Source: Glaucostegus cemiculus
Lineage: Eukaryota
Reading direction: 5' to 3'
DNA: 64,000 nucleotides
NCBI GenBank assembly: GCA_976551045.1
Contig: CDPCPM010000049.1
Location: forward strand, 6,448,001 to 6,512,000
The first letter of the stretch is position 1. Each line of letters starts with the position of its first letter. Positions 51,361 through 64,000 of the stretch are shown here, one piece after another. The position numbers and the translations under genes were made by a program. The notes under the pieces are model-generated. The model searched no databases. It was not told where the DNA came from and saw nothing but the letters and a program-made list of their open reading frames with translations.

Positions 51361-52949
51361 TTCTGTGTTGCCTAGTGTTAGTAATTATGGACTTGGTAGA
51401 TTTAAATGGGTTTATTATTGTCACATGTACCAAGGTACAGTGAAAAACTTTGTCTTACCTGCCATCACTTACCAGGACCTACACAGAACATCAGCACTGA
51501 CAAACAATGAAAACCTATTGGATACCTTTGTTAATGTTGCCCATTAATCAAGAGCCTCAGCTTTTCTGTTATTTTTATATACTTTTCCATTAAATTACTA
51601 TTTAACTAATTCAAAAATTCAGTAGCTAACTTTAAACTCTGAATGTCGATCACTGGATCAGTTTTTTCCAAAATGCACCCATAATGCGTGTTTCTGTAAT
51701 TAATGTAATTGGTTTAGATAGGGCAGAGAAAATCGACAGAAACTAGGATCAGGGTTTTGGATTTAAGATTAGCTTCTTCCCCTTGGGCAACTTTATTGGG
51801 ACCAGCTGCTACCAGACAAAGCAGTGCAATATCAGCAGTCTGTTTCTCATGGGCATTAACACCCACACCACTCACTGAGGGAGTTTGCTCTGTAATTAAC
51901 TCCAGGCATGGTTTGTCAGTGATAATATTTTATTCTGTTCTGCTAGCTTTGTAAATTGATGGATATTTTGAGCAAACCAGCATGAAGGTGATTTATTGGT
52001 TGCTGCAGGGGGAATTAACCAGAAAGTGCTAAGTAGTTTTTTTTACTGACTGAAGAGCCTCAAGGAGTAAGTTACTGGTCTTGGAGATTTTGAATCGATA
52101 AAAAAATTTCTCCCTGTATTGCTTTGGATTACATGAAAATGCTGTAATTTTTCCAGAATATCATTTGCAGTAACATCACATATTTCCTTTGCTTGTATAC
52201 AGTATTTATTTTGTGTTAGTTAAGATGAGGGAGAGCAGTGCTGTAAATGGAAAGCTGACTGAGACTGGGCACTCAGTATGAACAAAGTACTCCCACATCA
52301 TCTATTACACAACCAGATGCAAAATAAAACTCTATCTCAAACAACTGGATTCAACAGGGTTGAAATGTACCACTGATTTTTGTTCCAATTTATGTACAAA
52401 ACACCAGTGAGGTTGACTCTTCAATGTTAAATTGTGACAAAATCTGGACACTTTAAAGTTAACAAACACCAAGTACAAAGAGGCCCAGCCTGTGCAAAGA
52501 GAAGGGTGAGTTTAAACTTTCCGACAGAAAATCAGGTTAAAGCCAATTTCCTTTCTAACCATGGGAGACTGCGATAAAACACCTAACATAGATACTTTAG
52601 CTAGTCATCCACCTCGAGTGAGTGGAAGAGCCACCTAGCTTGTTTTGGGCAGGCCACCATTTGGGATTCAGAGAGAAACTGCTGGCACCAAGTATGGAAG
52701 AGTGGAGAGTGGTCATGAGTGGAAATGTGGGATCCATTGGATAGCAGGAACTCTGCCCTTTCCTCTGGGATGCACATTTCTGACCCCACTAAAGGAGGTT
52801 TTATTGGGAACAACTTCTTCCAAATTTTACAGGATGGAACAGCACTTCACAACTATAGCCACAACATCACAGTGTTTATCTGGTGTACTCACAAGGTAAG
52901 CCACCCCAGGGTGTTTTACAAGAACATTATCAAAGATGATTTACTCATA

Positions 52950-53300
52950 ATGATACAGAAGAAGGCCATTCAGCCCTTGGGTCAATGCCAGCTCCCAGCA
53001 GGACCATCCTTTCCATCCCATACCTCCTCTTCACATTTGTTTGCAACTTTCCTTGCAAATGCCCATCAACTCCTCTTTGAATCTTTTGCCACCTACCCTT
53101 ACTAAAGGCATTTTAAAGCAGACAATTAACCTACTAGGTCTTCTTTGGAATGTGGGAGGAAATTGGAACACCTGTCGGAAATACACATGGTCACAGGGTG
53201 AACGTGCAAACTCCACTTGGACAGCACCCAAGATCAGGATCAAATCCAGTTCCCTGGAGCTGAGAGGCAGCAGCTCTGACCATTACACACTTGCCACCCT
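52950..53300 (-). mobile_element. V-SINE copy
   Basis: tctttggaatgtgggaggaaattggaacacc...ggtcacagggtgaacgtgcaaactccac...ggagctgagaggcagcagc. Confidence 0.85.
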
Positions 53301-53329
53301 TTCACACTAATGTGAAATCATCCACCCAT

Positions 53330-53740
53330 GATGGGGCAGATACAGATTTTAAAGAGCATCAAGAGAAGTCCAAGGATAGGTAAATGCAAAGCCTCCGGTG
53401 GTTGAGCAACTAGACTCTGAGCTGGAATTTGAAGAATACTGATATGTGGTTGTATGGCTGAAGGAGATTACAAGATATTTCAAAATATTGCGGCCATAGA
53501 GGGATTTAAAAACAAGGAATGAAAATTTTAAAACCAAAGTTCACTTAACTTGTGAGATGATGTAGATTGTGGCAAACAGAAGCAGTGATGGGTAAATGGG
53601 GATTGATTTTGGTGAAGAATGGGCAGCAGAAATCTGGATGGACTCGAGGATAGACATGGGAGGCTGGCTAGGAGTACATTGGAATAGTCAAGTCTAAAGG
53701 TCACAAAGCCATGAATAGGAGTTTCAGCAGCAGCTGAGTG
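53330..53740 (-). mobile_element. L2 LINE 3' region
   Basis: AETPIHGFVTFRLDYSNVLLASLP and FKFxxLVFKSLYG are L2 C-terminal motifs. Confidence 0.8.
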
Positions 53741-54239
53741 ATTCTTTGTTTCCTTCACTGTCACAGTGATTGCCTGGATAGTGCAAAAGATAAGCTGGTC
53801 AGTTTATCTTTTGCACTTTCCAGGCAATCCCTAGCTCAAGTATAACCAAGCTTGCATACAACTTCTGTACAGTTACCGGAAAAGGGGTGGGTGAAGTGGG
53901 TGTTTGCGGAATTGAATTTGTGGTAGCCTTTGGTCTTTTCTGCAAATAGCTGGAGGAATCTCCTGCTCATTCAGTACTGGACTTTAGGACAAGCATTTTG
54001 ACAAAATAGAGACAAGGAAGGAGTCTGAAGTGAAACTGGAGAAGGTTGATTCTTTGGATAATTTTGCCAAAAGACAGCCTGGAGAAGTGAAATAAGATTG
54101 GAGCAACAGAGGTGATGGTACAAGAGTGTGAAGTCTAGGTTATCCTCTGGCCGTGATGGATTTGATAAATAATTAAACCAAGGAAGTACAGCTGGATGAT
54201 ACCAGAGAGAATGGTGCAATTAAATATGTCAAATGCTGC

Positions 54240-54680
54240 AGTCATACAGCATGGAAACAGGCCCTATGGCCTTACTCGTCTGTGCCGACTGTGTTGCCCA
54301 GCAAGCTAGTCCCATCTGCCTGCATTTAACCCATAGCCCTCTAAACCCCTCCTATCTATGTACCTATCTAGATGGCTTTTAAATTTTGCTAATGTGCCTG
54401 CCTCAACCACTATTTCTGGCAGCTTATTCCAAATATGCTTCACCGTTAGCATGAAGAAGCTATCCCTGACGTCCCTTTTAAATCTCTCACCTCTTAACTT
54501 AAACCTATGCACTCTTGTTTTTAGCACCCCCTCCCTGGGTAAAAGATTATGTGCTTTCACTCTGTCCATGTCCCTCACGATCTTATATTTCAGGTCACCC
54601 CTCAATCTTCTACATTCCAGGGTATAGAGTCCTAGTCTACGCAACCTCTCCTTGTAACTCAGGCCCCTAAGTCCGGGCAA
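54240..54680 (-). mobile_element. CR1 3' end
   Basis: LSYKERLRRLGLYTLECRRLRGDL...TRVHRFKL...HLDRYIDRRGLEGYG. Confidence 0.92.
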
Positions 54681-54984
54681 GTTAAACTAAAAGGGCAAGA
54701 AGCATGTAGTACCTTTAACCAACATCACATCGGATGTTGCTGGATCTGTCTTGGTTCTGAGGCAGTGACTGAAACCTGATCAGAGTGATTCAAACAAAGA
54801 GTTCCAGGAAATATGCCCCTGAGCAACTTGGGAGAGAAATAAGGAAAAATAGTGCACCTTACTCCAGGATGTTATGATGTCAGTGTGTCCCACGAATGGC
54901 ATAAGACGCTAATGAGTCTGTCTTATTAAGGCACTACTTGAGTTAAGCACAAGCTTAGCCAGCTAAAAAATATAAAGGCTCCAT

Positions 54985-55660
54985 TCAGGATCAGAATCAG
55001 ATTTATCATCACTGACTTATGATGTGAAATTTGCTGTCTTGCAGCAGCAGTACAGTGCAAGGCATAAAAATCTATAAATTACTAAAATAAATAGATAGTG
55101 CAAAAGAAAGGAATAATAAGGTAGTGTTCATGGATCATTCAGAAATCTGATGGCAGAGGGGAAGAAGCTGTTCCTGAATTTGTTGAGTTTGGGTCTTCGG
55201 GCTCCCATACCACCACCTTGATGGTAGTAATGAGAAGAAGACAAGTCCCAGATGCTGAGGGTTCTAAATGATAGATGCCACCTTCTTGAGGCACCACCTC
55301 CTGAAGTGTCCTTGATGGTGGGGAGGGTTGTGCCCGTGATGAAGCTGGCTGAGTCTACAACCCTCTGCAGCCTCTTCTGATCCTGTGCATTGGAGCCTCC
55401 GTACCAGGCTGTGATGCAACCAGTCAGAATGCTCTCCATCATATATCTATAGAAACCTGTAAGAGTCTTTGGTGATATACCAAATCTCCTCAAACTCCTA
55501 ACGAAGTAGAGCCACTGGTACGCCTTCTTTTTGATTGCATTAATGTGTTGGGCCCAGGATAGATCCTCTGAGATGTTGACGCCCAGGAACTTGAAGCTGC
55601 TCACCCTTTGCACTGCTGACCCCTCAATGAGGACTGATGTGTGTTCTCCTGACTTCCCTT
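54985..55660 (-). mobile_element. Rex1/Babar-clade LINE 3' part
   Basis: VSSFKFLGVNISEDLSW...LYFVRSLRRFG...ESILTGCITAWYG...FRNSFFPSAIRFLN. Tail appears as tcagaatcaga on the + strand. Confidence 0.88.
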
Positions 55661-57179
55661 CACTACTTCAGGTAGTGGCAGTGGGAATTAAAAGAGAATC
55701 GAGCACTAAGTCTTTACACGGTTAGTTTATCTATGCATCTACCCTCTTCATGTCAGCCAGAATGAGTTAACGCTCCCCTAGGACACACCAATCCATCATT
55801 CTGAACGAGATTCAAACCAATAAACAAGGTGCAAAAGGACAGCATGCTGACACAGTACATGTTCCAGTCTGCAAACCCATTACTGAAAGCTTGAATTTGA
55901 GTCAAAAAGTTGACCAGTTGTTTTAAACAAAACGTTGAATGGGGATTTTATTGGAGCTGGAGCTGATTCTGCTCCAACATAATTCCTTTGCTGGAATTGC
56001 AAAATAGAACTGTAACCCCAAACCTTCCTGGTTGATTTGGTTTGATAGTTATATAGCTCTTGGGTTAACAATGGATGGTCTGTGTTATTGTAGGGGAATA
56101 TCACTGATCTGTAAGCAGCATAAATGAACATTTTAAAAATATCTATACTCTCATTGAATCAGTCATAAGATGATGAGAAACTTACGCAACAAAATTTTAA
56201 GAGAACATAGGTACTGGAAAACTGAGAACAATGAACTTGTTAACTCAATCATATTCTCAGTGTTTTCTTTGGCTCAGTTTTTATGTTACAAAGGAATTCT
56301 GTACCAATTTGTTCATGTTGCTTGTATTCAGTAATACATACTCACTGGATGAGACAAAAATTGTCACATCTTTCTTGTTTTAGCTGGGAGGAAGCTATCT
56401 GCAATTAAAAACAAAACACCCCCAACATTACTGATCAGAAATGGAGAAAAGTCTTGAGAATGGGTAAATCAGGAGAATGGTGATACTTCCTGTAGGTTTT
56501 GAATAGACTGTGGATTTGCACCTAAAAAGATGATCCCCTTTCTGGTGCTACTTGATCTGCTTTGGATTTCCAAAATTTTCTATTTTTAGACATAGGATTC
56601 TGATTTGGCAATTTCAAGGTGTTCTCTAGCCAGGAGTTCCATCTATGGAAAACACTGGGAACTGTGCTTCTTGGAATAACATTTTATAGCTAGTCACAAT
56701 GTGTTGTCTTGGACTTTCAATCATCTCCAATTTGGGATTTTTTTTTCTATTTGATGTATTAATTTGCTTGTTAATTTCTGCACTATGTAGGTTTATACCT
56801 TTAAATACAAGCCTAGTGACAATCTGTGGGACTTTCCTTTTTGAGCCTTGACATTTTGTATGTACAAAATTTGGGAATGGGGTAGAGGAGGGTGAAACAA
56901 GGTTAATTACACCCCTTGGTGGATGTCCTGGGTACCAGAGTCATACAGCACAGAAACAGGCCTTTCAGCCCATCATAACCATGCTGATGGTCAGGTCCCT
57001 ATCTACGTTAACTTTTTTGTTCTATTATTTAATGAATTGCATACTTTTTGTGCCCACTGAAGTTTTACTTAAACTGTGGCTAAGAACCGAAAGTGCTGCT
57101 ATTTCCAAATGTCAATGAATTTCTTCTGTTCATCACGCCCTACTTGGAAACTGAGCAGCTGTAAATCTGGTGGTCTCCT

Positions 57180-57470
57180 GAGCAAACAAAAATTTACGTG
57201 TGCAAAGTCTGTAATGTTGACCCTCCTGTGTACAATGGTGAGACCTTGACTCTGTACACCAGTCAAGCAAAAAGACTCAACTGCTTTCACATGTGCTGCC
57301 TACGATGCATTCTAAATAGTCATGGAAAGGATAGACTCACAAATTCTGATCTGCTGGATCAAGTGCAGATTTCTAGCATGTACACTGCTCAGGCAATGAT
57401 GCATTAATGGATTTAGTTTACTCACCTGATGAATGATGGGAGAATTCCCCAAAAAATGTTCTCCTTGGAA
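57180..57470 (+). mobile_element. RTE-clade LINE fragment
   Basis: YNGETLTLYTSQAKRLNCFHMCCLRCIL...DRLTNSDLL...HLMNDGRIPQK matches RTE YGSETW.....RLNxFHxRCLRxIL...DGRIPK. Confidence 0.75.
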
Positions 57471-57633
57471 AACTAGCTCAAGTAAAATGCTAAACAGGTT
57501 CCCATAACTACTTTATACTTCAAACAAATCTGGAAGAAGGGCCTTAAGGGTCTGGAGCCTCTATTAGTTGCATGAAGGCAGGTGACCCTGCTTTTAATCT
57601 CTGGATGGTGACGTTTCTTTTCTGCAATTTTAG

Positions 57634-57750
57634 ATATCGATGAGTGTTCCTTTGAAAGGACTTGTGACCATATATGCATCAACTATCCAGGAAGCTTCGA
57701 ATGCTTGTGTCGTAAAGGCTATACTTTATATGGACTGACTCATTGTGGAG
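57634..57750 (+). CDS. SCUBE1: SCUBE1 coding exon, calcium-binding EGF repeat 8 (117 nt, phase 1-1)
   Basis: Acceptor ttttag|, donor G|gtttgt. Translates (D)[38 protein letters not shown](D). [10 protein letters not shown] is as recalled for SCUBE1. Confidence 0.95.
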
Positions 57751-58593
57751 GTTTGTTCAGTACGATGGATGACAGTATAATTCACATGTTCTCATAATAA
57801 TAAACTGTAGTAGTAGAAAATATCATGCTATATATTAATATTGAAGTAAGGATGAAATGTGGTACCAAACTGTGGACCTGAGGCTAATCAGCACAGTGTG
57901 AGATTGCAGTTACTACAACCTACAAATGAATTTTTTCCTATGTAACTGAAGAAGGAGGTAAGGTATAGGTGGTTTGGGAGATGGAGTGGAGATTGATACA
58001 AGAAAATAGTTCCGAGAGGGACCTGTCTGTAGTCAACATGTCAGTGGGGATGATTGAGAAGTTTGGGTTAATGCTTTTAAAATGGCAGGGAAATGTGCTA
58101 TGATGGACTAACAAGTGTATTGCAGATAGGCATAAAGCAGATTTAAGTCTGGCCTGATGACAAGTGAGACCTAAGATAGGAATTGTGACATCTCTGGCTG
58201 CAATGGGAGGTAGATGAATGAAACACTGTTAGATCAAAGAAAGTGGAGGAAAGAGAAGAGGGTTCAAGCATAATACAGGAGGTTGTATTTTGGACAAGCT
58301 GAAAATTGAAGAGTCCATATTAAAGGGTGTTTTATCATCTTACTTTCATGCACTATATTTATCTGCCCCTAAATGGTACAGTTAGTTAGTTTCACTGTAA
58401 CATCAACAGGGTAATTATTTAATTCTTAGGCCTAGAATAATACAAATGTTAGCTGTGTTTAAAAACAAGATAGCTTGTTTCCTTTTACAAACTAAAACAT
58501 CAGTATAGAATTTATAAGTAATAATGGAGCACTTTTACTCTCACACCACAAACAATAATTCCATCACTGTAATGTATTTTCTTGCCTTCTCAG

Positions 58594-58716
58594 ATATCGA
58601 TGAATGCAGTATAAATAATGGGAGTTGTGATTATGGTTGTATCAATACAATGGGAAGTTATGAGTGTGTATGCCCTCCTGGGAAGAAATTGCATTGGAAC
58701 AAAAAAGATTGTGCTG
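58594..58716 (+). CDS. SCUBE1: SCUBE1 coding exon, calcium-binding EGF repeat 9 (123 nt, phase 1-1)
   Basis: Acceptor ttctcag|, donor G|gtgagt. Translates (D)[40 protein letters not shown](E), with the LHWNxKDC end typical of the last SCUBE EGF repeat. Confidence 0.95.
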
Positions 58717-61700
58717 GTGAGTAAGATTTCAAAAATAATCAAGATAAGCAGGAGCCTCTTAAAGGTAATTTGATCAGAGTCTACGTGAAAAAAAGAGAAA
58801 TATACCTTAAGTGTCTAAACTTTTCAGTTTTAACACAGGAATATTTGTGCACTGAAGTTTGTAGCAGCAGCAGGATACATTTCATAAATGCAATAATCTA
58901 GCTTAAAATTCCCATGAGCATTATACCAAATGAATGTTGGGACAGTTCCATTCTTGGTTCTAACGACTGCATTATAATGGTCTTAATTCTTATTTTACTC
59001 AGTAATTGTTCAACAGATTTTTACTCTATCTGTGTGGCTAAGGTAGGAGCACTAGAAAAGTGGGGTAGAATAAATATTCATTTATGGAACCATTTTGGAA
59101 ATGCATATGCTTAAATTAATTTCACACTTCAACAGTGTTTCATACTTTTCCTCTTCATTTTAAAAGGATGTTTCAGCTGTCAAACTTACTTAGTTTAGAA
59201 ACTTGTTGAGGAATGAAATGTTAATAGCAGTGCCCCCAGACTTATGTGAGGTGAATACAAGCTGTCTTGAGCTATAAAGCTTCTGAAGTGACTTTCCTGT
59301 TGGGGAAAGCCTAAGCTGTGTTCAGCACCTCCGAGTCGACACTAATGAGAACAGGAAATGGTGACTGTGAAATTCCACCCTGCCGTCCGTAGCAGATTAA
59401 CATTTTCTCATCTTACTCCTCTGTTCCCGTAGGCAAGGGTGCTGATCCTTCAGTCTTGCATACTATGTTCTTACTAACTAAATCTGAACTGTGGAAGCTG
59501 ACAGGCTGTTTGCCTGTAGAAGCATTACTGATGAGCTCCAGTCCTCCCCAATATTTGGGGTTATACATTCATAGCTTTTGATAGTCCCCTGGAAAAAAAG
59601 ACTAAATTTAATGTTCTTATCACTGTTTTGCCTGATTCAGCTCAGATCACACTGAGGAAGCAGTACCTAAATTTGGATTCCTCTGAGTCCTGAAATGTTT
59701 CTTTCCCCCAATAAGTTTATTTGACTGTTTCTGTTGGAAGAAAACACATGTAATTACTCAAAAGAACAAGAAAATGTGTCACAATTGATAGTTTCATTTT
59801 TAAAGAAAAAGCATGATATATCCCACATGATGTCATAAATTCCATCCCTTTGTACTACGTTCAAATTAAGCCCAAAGTATTATAAATATATTGGCTAGCT
59901 TGTCACAGCCATTCTTCAGCATTCTGGTCTCAAATATTAATTATTTCTATACAAAGTTTTGCAGCAGTAGCAGCAACAACATAAGTTCAATGATCACTAT
60001 ATCCTCAGCTGCATCAGGGTTCAGATAATTCAGTCACCTTGAAGAGCTGAGACCAGAACCATTAAAAATAAGTACCTCCTTCATTTTCTCACCAATAGAG
60101 CCGGAAGATGATGCACTGTTTACAGTAAATATAAAGAAATAGGAAGCTTGGACACTGATGTCATCCAATCTGAGTGCTATTACTCCACACCTCAAGAGAA
60201 GTGTCAGTGTCCTAGAAAAATACTTCATATCTTTTTTCCTCACTCTCTTGTCTTTTCCACCAGCTTTTCCATTTGCATCCATTACCTTCCTCAAAACTGA
60301 GTTAATTGTCATACATGTGCTCATGAGTTTTCCATTCCTCTTTGTTCTCATCAGTCTCAAAATGAGGGCAATGCAAATCTGGGGAAGATGGGCTCTGCCT
60401 GAATGATAGGTCTGTCTTTATTTTCTAGTAGCCGTATTGCAAAGTGTGTCAGAGCAATTCCAAACTGACACAACTGTGCTTCTAATTTAGCACTACTTGG
60501 TAGATGGCATGTTGGGATATGGAGAATGTCTCATTGGTGTCGTGACAATACAAGGTCTGAAAAATTCTGGGGAAGAATCCAACTTTGGTTCGTTGCTCTT
60601 GGATAATGCCCATTAATTGTATTTTATCTTTGCACAGTCTGCATGCCTGAAGCTAATAATGAATGCTTTAAGGAAGAAGTATTACATTTCCTTGTACTGA
60701 CATCCTATACCTTGAACAGCATGAATATAATGTTTTAATAAGAAGCAGCGAAGTGAACTAGATCTACAAAATGCCAATGTATCAGGGACTTCCAAGTTAT
60801 TCCATATACAAGAAGTCACTGCATAGATTAGAGGGAGAAATGGAGTAACACATTGATTGAATTATGTAACTTTCCTTTCAGTTCAACAAGCAAAAGATCC
60901 TGCTTCTCCCTCTGATTTTTTTGGTTTTACTATTTTATTGATCATCTTTCAAAAGCATCATGTTTTTGGGGGACAATCTGTTGCTAAGTTAATTTCAATT
61001 TGTTATTTTTTCAATAACTGTCAGACATTTTTGATGACTTTCATGCCAAATGTCAAGCCCCTTGTTTCCTTGCAACTGCATTTATAGGTCATTGACATCA
61101 CAGTAAATTGGCAATCCTCTGAAATGATTTACAATACATGGCTTTTAAAACATGTAGAAAAATTGAAGGAGTAAGATGAAATGCAGGAAGAGAGACACAT
61201 AAAGAACACGCATTAATCACCAATTTTCCAGCTGCATTAACACTTAACCATCACATTGTAAGATCATTGTATAGAACACTATGAAACAAAATTCAATTGC
61301 CTGAGGTACAAACAATGACTTTTGAATGATTTTCTCCACAAGGTGTGGAACTGAATCAAAATCTATTGTAAGCCATTTTTTCAATCTGTCCCTCCATTTC
61401 AATACGTGCACCACGTTCTTCTGCATTATAAATCATTTCCCATTATTTTTCACCTCATTTGGAACCAACAGATCTGGGATTTGTTGATGTCAGTTGTTTC
61501 TGTAATCATTCTGAGATCCTTCACTTTTATAGGAATTTACTAATTTTAGCCTAAAATGTTTGCATTGCAAGATCTCTTCCTGCTCCCGAACCATCATTCA
61601 GGGATTTATCCTTGCCACCTTCCCAGTTCTACTTTACCTGCTATTTCTCAAACTTTGCCCAAAATGCCCCTGTGAGATAGCTTGGGAAAATTTACGACAT

Positions 61701-61943
61701 TGAAGGTGCTAATATATGAAAGTTATTTTATCATGTGTGACTCAGGGATGTAGCAAATTTTGATTCAGTATTCAGAGGGGATAATTACATATTTTGTACT
61801 CACTGTCTTCCATCGCTCCAATGAGACATCATGTTACCATTAACTGTGATAATCTGCATTGTTTTTGAGTCTTTTCAGTTGCCTCAATCTGTTATGGTTA
61901 TTAATGTGTCGACCTTTTCAATCAATGATTCTTTCTCCCTCAG

Positions 61944-62063
61944 AGGCGGTGAAATGTCTCCGAAATGCAAAGGTTGCACGTAAAGTCCAGCTGATCTGCA
62001 GTAAGAGTGGAGGAGTAGAAAGCTGCTCTCTGTCTTGCCCATCAAAGGCACTCTTTGTGGCAG
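61944..62063 (+). CDS. SCUBE1: SCUBE1 coding exon, start of spacer region (120 nt, phase 1-1)
   Basis: Acceptor ccctcag|, donor G|gtcagc. Translates (E)[39 protein letters not shown], which resembles the recalled SCUBE1 QLSCSKAGGVESCFLSCP. This favours SCUBE1 over SCUBE2/3. Confidence 0.92.
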
Positions 62064-62894
62064 GTCAGCATTCCATTTGTAAAGATTATGTAAATACCAT
62101 TGTGGGGAAAAGTAGATGATTTTGAATGTGGGTTTGGAACAAATGCATTAAATTGTTGATACAAAAGACAGGTTTTTAAATGTATTTACTTTGCCCGAAT
62201 AAAATCTAAATGGGAATGGAGGATGATAGCCGTTGAGAGCTTGTATGATTAAATACTTATAATAAGAATTTATTTGACCAAATAATATACAAATAGAAAA
62301 ACTAATGTGTGTTGGAATATCAGTGCTACCAGTTGTGTAAGTGCAATGCATTCAATAATAAACTTTATGTCTGTCATCATCTATTAATTTTTAACAGTGG
62401 TAAGTGGTACCGACTGTTGTATTAGGTTACAAAAGTATTGTGATGTGCTTTATGGTGAACTGACCACAGTGAGACAAAGCAGCACCGAGTCCAAACAAGT
62501 AATCTGGAATTGCAACAATGAATTCTGCCTCCACTGAGTAAGGTTATTAGCTCACCTTTCTGTGAAGCATGCCTTCACTATACGAGCCTCAAGCCGTTAA
62601 TCCCTACTACCTCATGCAGAAACGATTTGACTTGTGATCCTAACAGCCTCCCACACAGGGAACTAGCCTTCTGTTCTCATTACATCCACCCTAAAATATT
62701 CCATCTCCCAACTTAGTTCAGTAATGTTGGAGAAACAACTACACTCGTTCAAAAGATTGGTCGTTTCCCTTTTCTCACCAGGCGTTGTCAATTTATAGTT
62801 CTCATCCCAACCTCTCCATCGCCTGTTAGTCCCCTTTTCCTCCATTTCAAACAGGCAGTATATCTCTTCCAGCAAAGGCTGGCAATTTCATGCC

Positions 62895-63590
62895 TCAACC
62901 CTTAGCAGTGTGGAGGAACAGAGGGATCTTGGGGTCCACACTCATAGATCCCTCAAGTTTGCTGTGCAGACTGATAGGGATGTTAAGGAGGCATTCATTA
63001 GTCGGGGGATTGAGTACAAGAGCCGTGAGGTAATGTTGCAGCTCTATAAATCTCTGGTTAGACCACACTTGGAGTATTGTGTTCAATTCTGGTCGCCTCA
63101 TTATAGGAAGGATGTGGAAGCTTTAGAGAGGGTGCAGAGGAGCTCTACCAGGATGCTGCCTGGATTGGAGAGCATGTCTCATGAGGATAAGTTGAGTGAG
63201 CTATGGCTTTTCTCTTTGGAGCGAAGGAGGATGAAAGGTGACTTGATGGAGTTGCACAAGATGATGAGAGGAGTAGATCGAGTGGACAGTCAGAGACTTT
63301 TTCCCGTGTGAAAATGGCTAACACTAGGGGGCATAATTTTAAGGTGATTAGAGGAAGATATGGGGGGATGTCAGAGGTAAGTTTTTTACACAGAGTCGTG
63401 GGTGCCAGCAGAGGTGGTGGAGGCAGGTACATTAGGGACATTTAATAGACTCTTAGATAGACACATGAATGATAGAGAAATGGAGGGCTACATGGGAGGG
63501 AAGGGTTAGATAGATCTTAGAGCAGAATAAAATGTCGGCACAACATCGTGGGCCGAAGGGCCTGTACTGTGCTGTAGTGTTCTATGTTTA
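62895..63590 (+). mobile_element. 5'-truncated CR1 3' end
   Basis: EQRDLGV...RPHLEYCVQFWSPHYRKDVEALERVQR...GDL. Tail gggccgaagggcctgtactgtgctgtagtgttctatgtt. Confidence 0.93.
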
Positions 63591-64000
63591 ACCACTCTAC
63601 TCTTATTTCTGGGTCCCCCATACTCAGCACCTACTCCCTACTGAGATTTTTGCACCAAATACCAGCACTTGCACTTTGGAATATCATAATACATGATATG
63701 AACAGAAACTCCCTCATTTAGGTGGCATATCACAGTGACTCTTCCAAAATCACAACTATTTCATTCACCAAATTATTCTTTTAGAAAGGACCTTTGCACT
63801 CATTGGCGTAGTGGAGATGTTCGACTTTGCTAAAGGATAGATCGGGTTGTCCTGCTCCAACTTCCTGGCATCACCATCCGTGGTCCCAGTTACCTCGTGG
63901 TGATTTCACCAGTGAGACTGTGCTCTACCACTGCCATCAGTAATGAGTCCAGTAGTAGAATAAACTGAGAGTCGACCCTCCCCAACCGTCTTCCAGATCT

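Overview
Eukaryotic, AT-rich, repeat-rich vertebrate DNA. The repeat families (V-SINE/HE1-like, Deu-domain SINEs, CR1, Penelope) point to a cartilaginous fish (inference). The whole window appears to lie inside one + strand gene, SCUBE1. Five phase-1 coding exons (18205-18321, 29003-29125, 57634-57750, 58594-58716, 61944-62063) encode EGF-like repeats 6-9 and the start of the spacer, separated by introns of 10,681, 28,508, 843 and 3,227 bp. The rest is intron filled with decayed mobile elements: one near-full-length CR1 LINE, many CR1/L2/RTE/Rex-Babar fragments, SINEs, a probable solo LTR, and about ten Penelope-like retroelement remnants. Most ORFs in the supplied track are noise or TE fragments. 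I found no convincing new biological system. The best second-look items are decayed minimal hammerhead-ribozyme motifs in the Penelope termini, tiny hairpin-shaped Penelope insertions with target-site duplications, a clean template-switch inversion, a tandem-monomer CR1 5'UTR, and candidate Pbx-Hox intronic enhancers. Exon boundaries were read exactly. Repeat boundaries are approximate (tens of bp), and family names come from recalled consensus motifs, not database searches.
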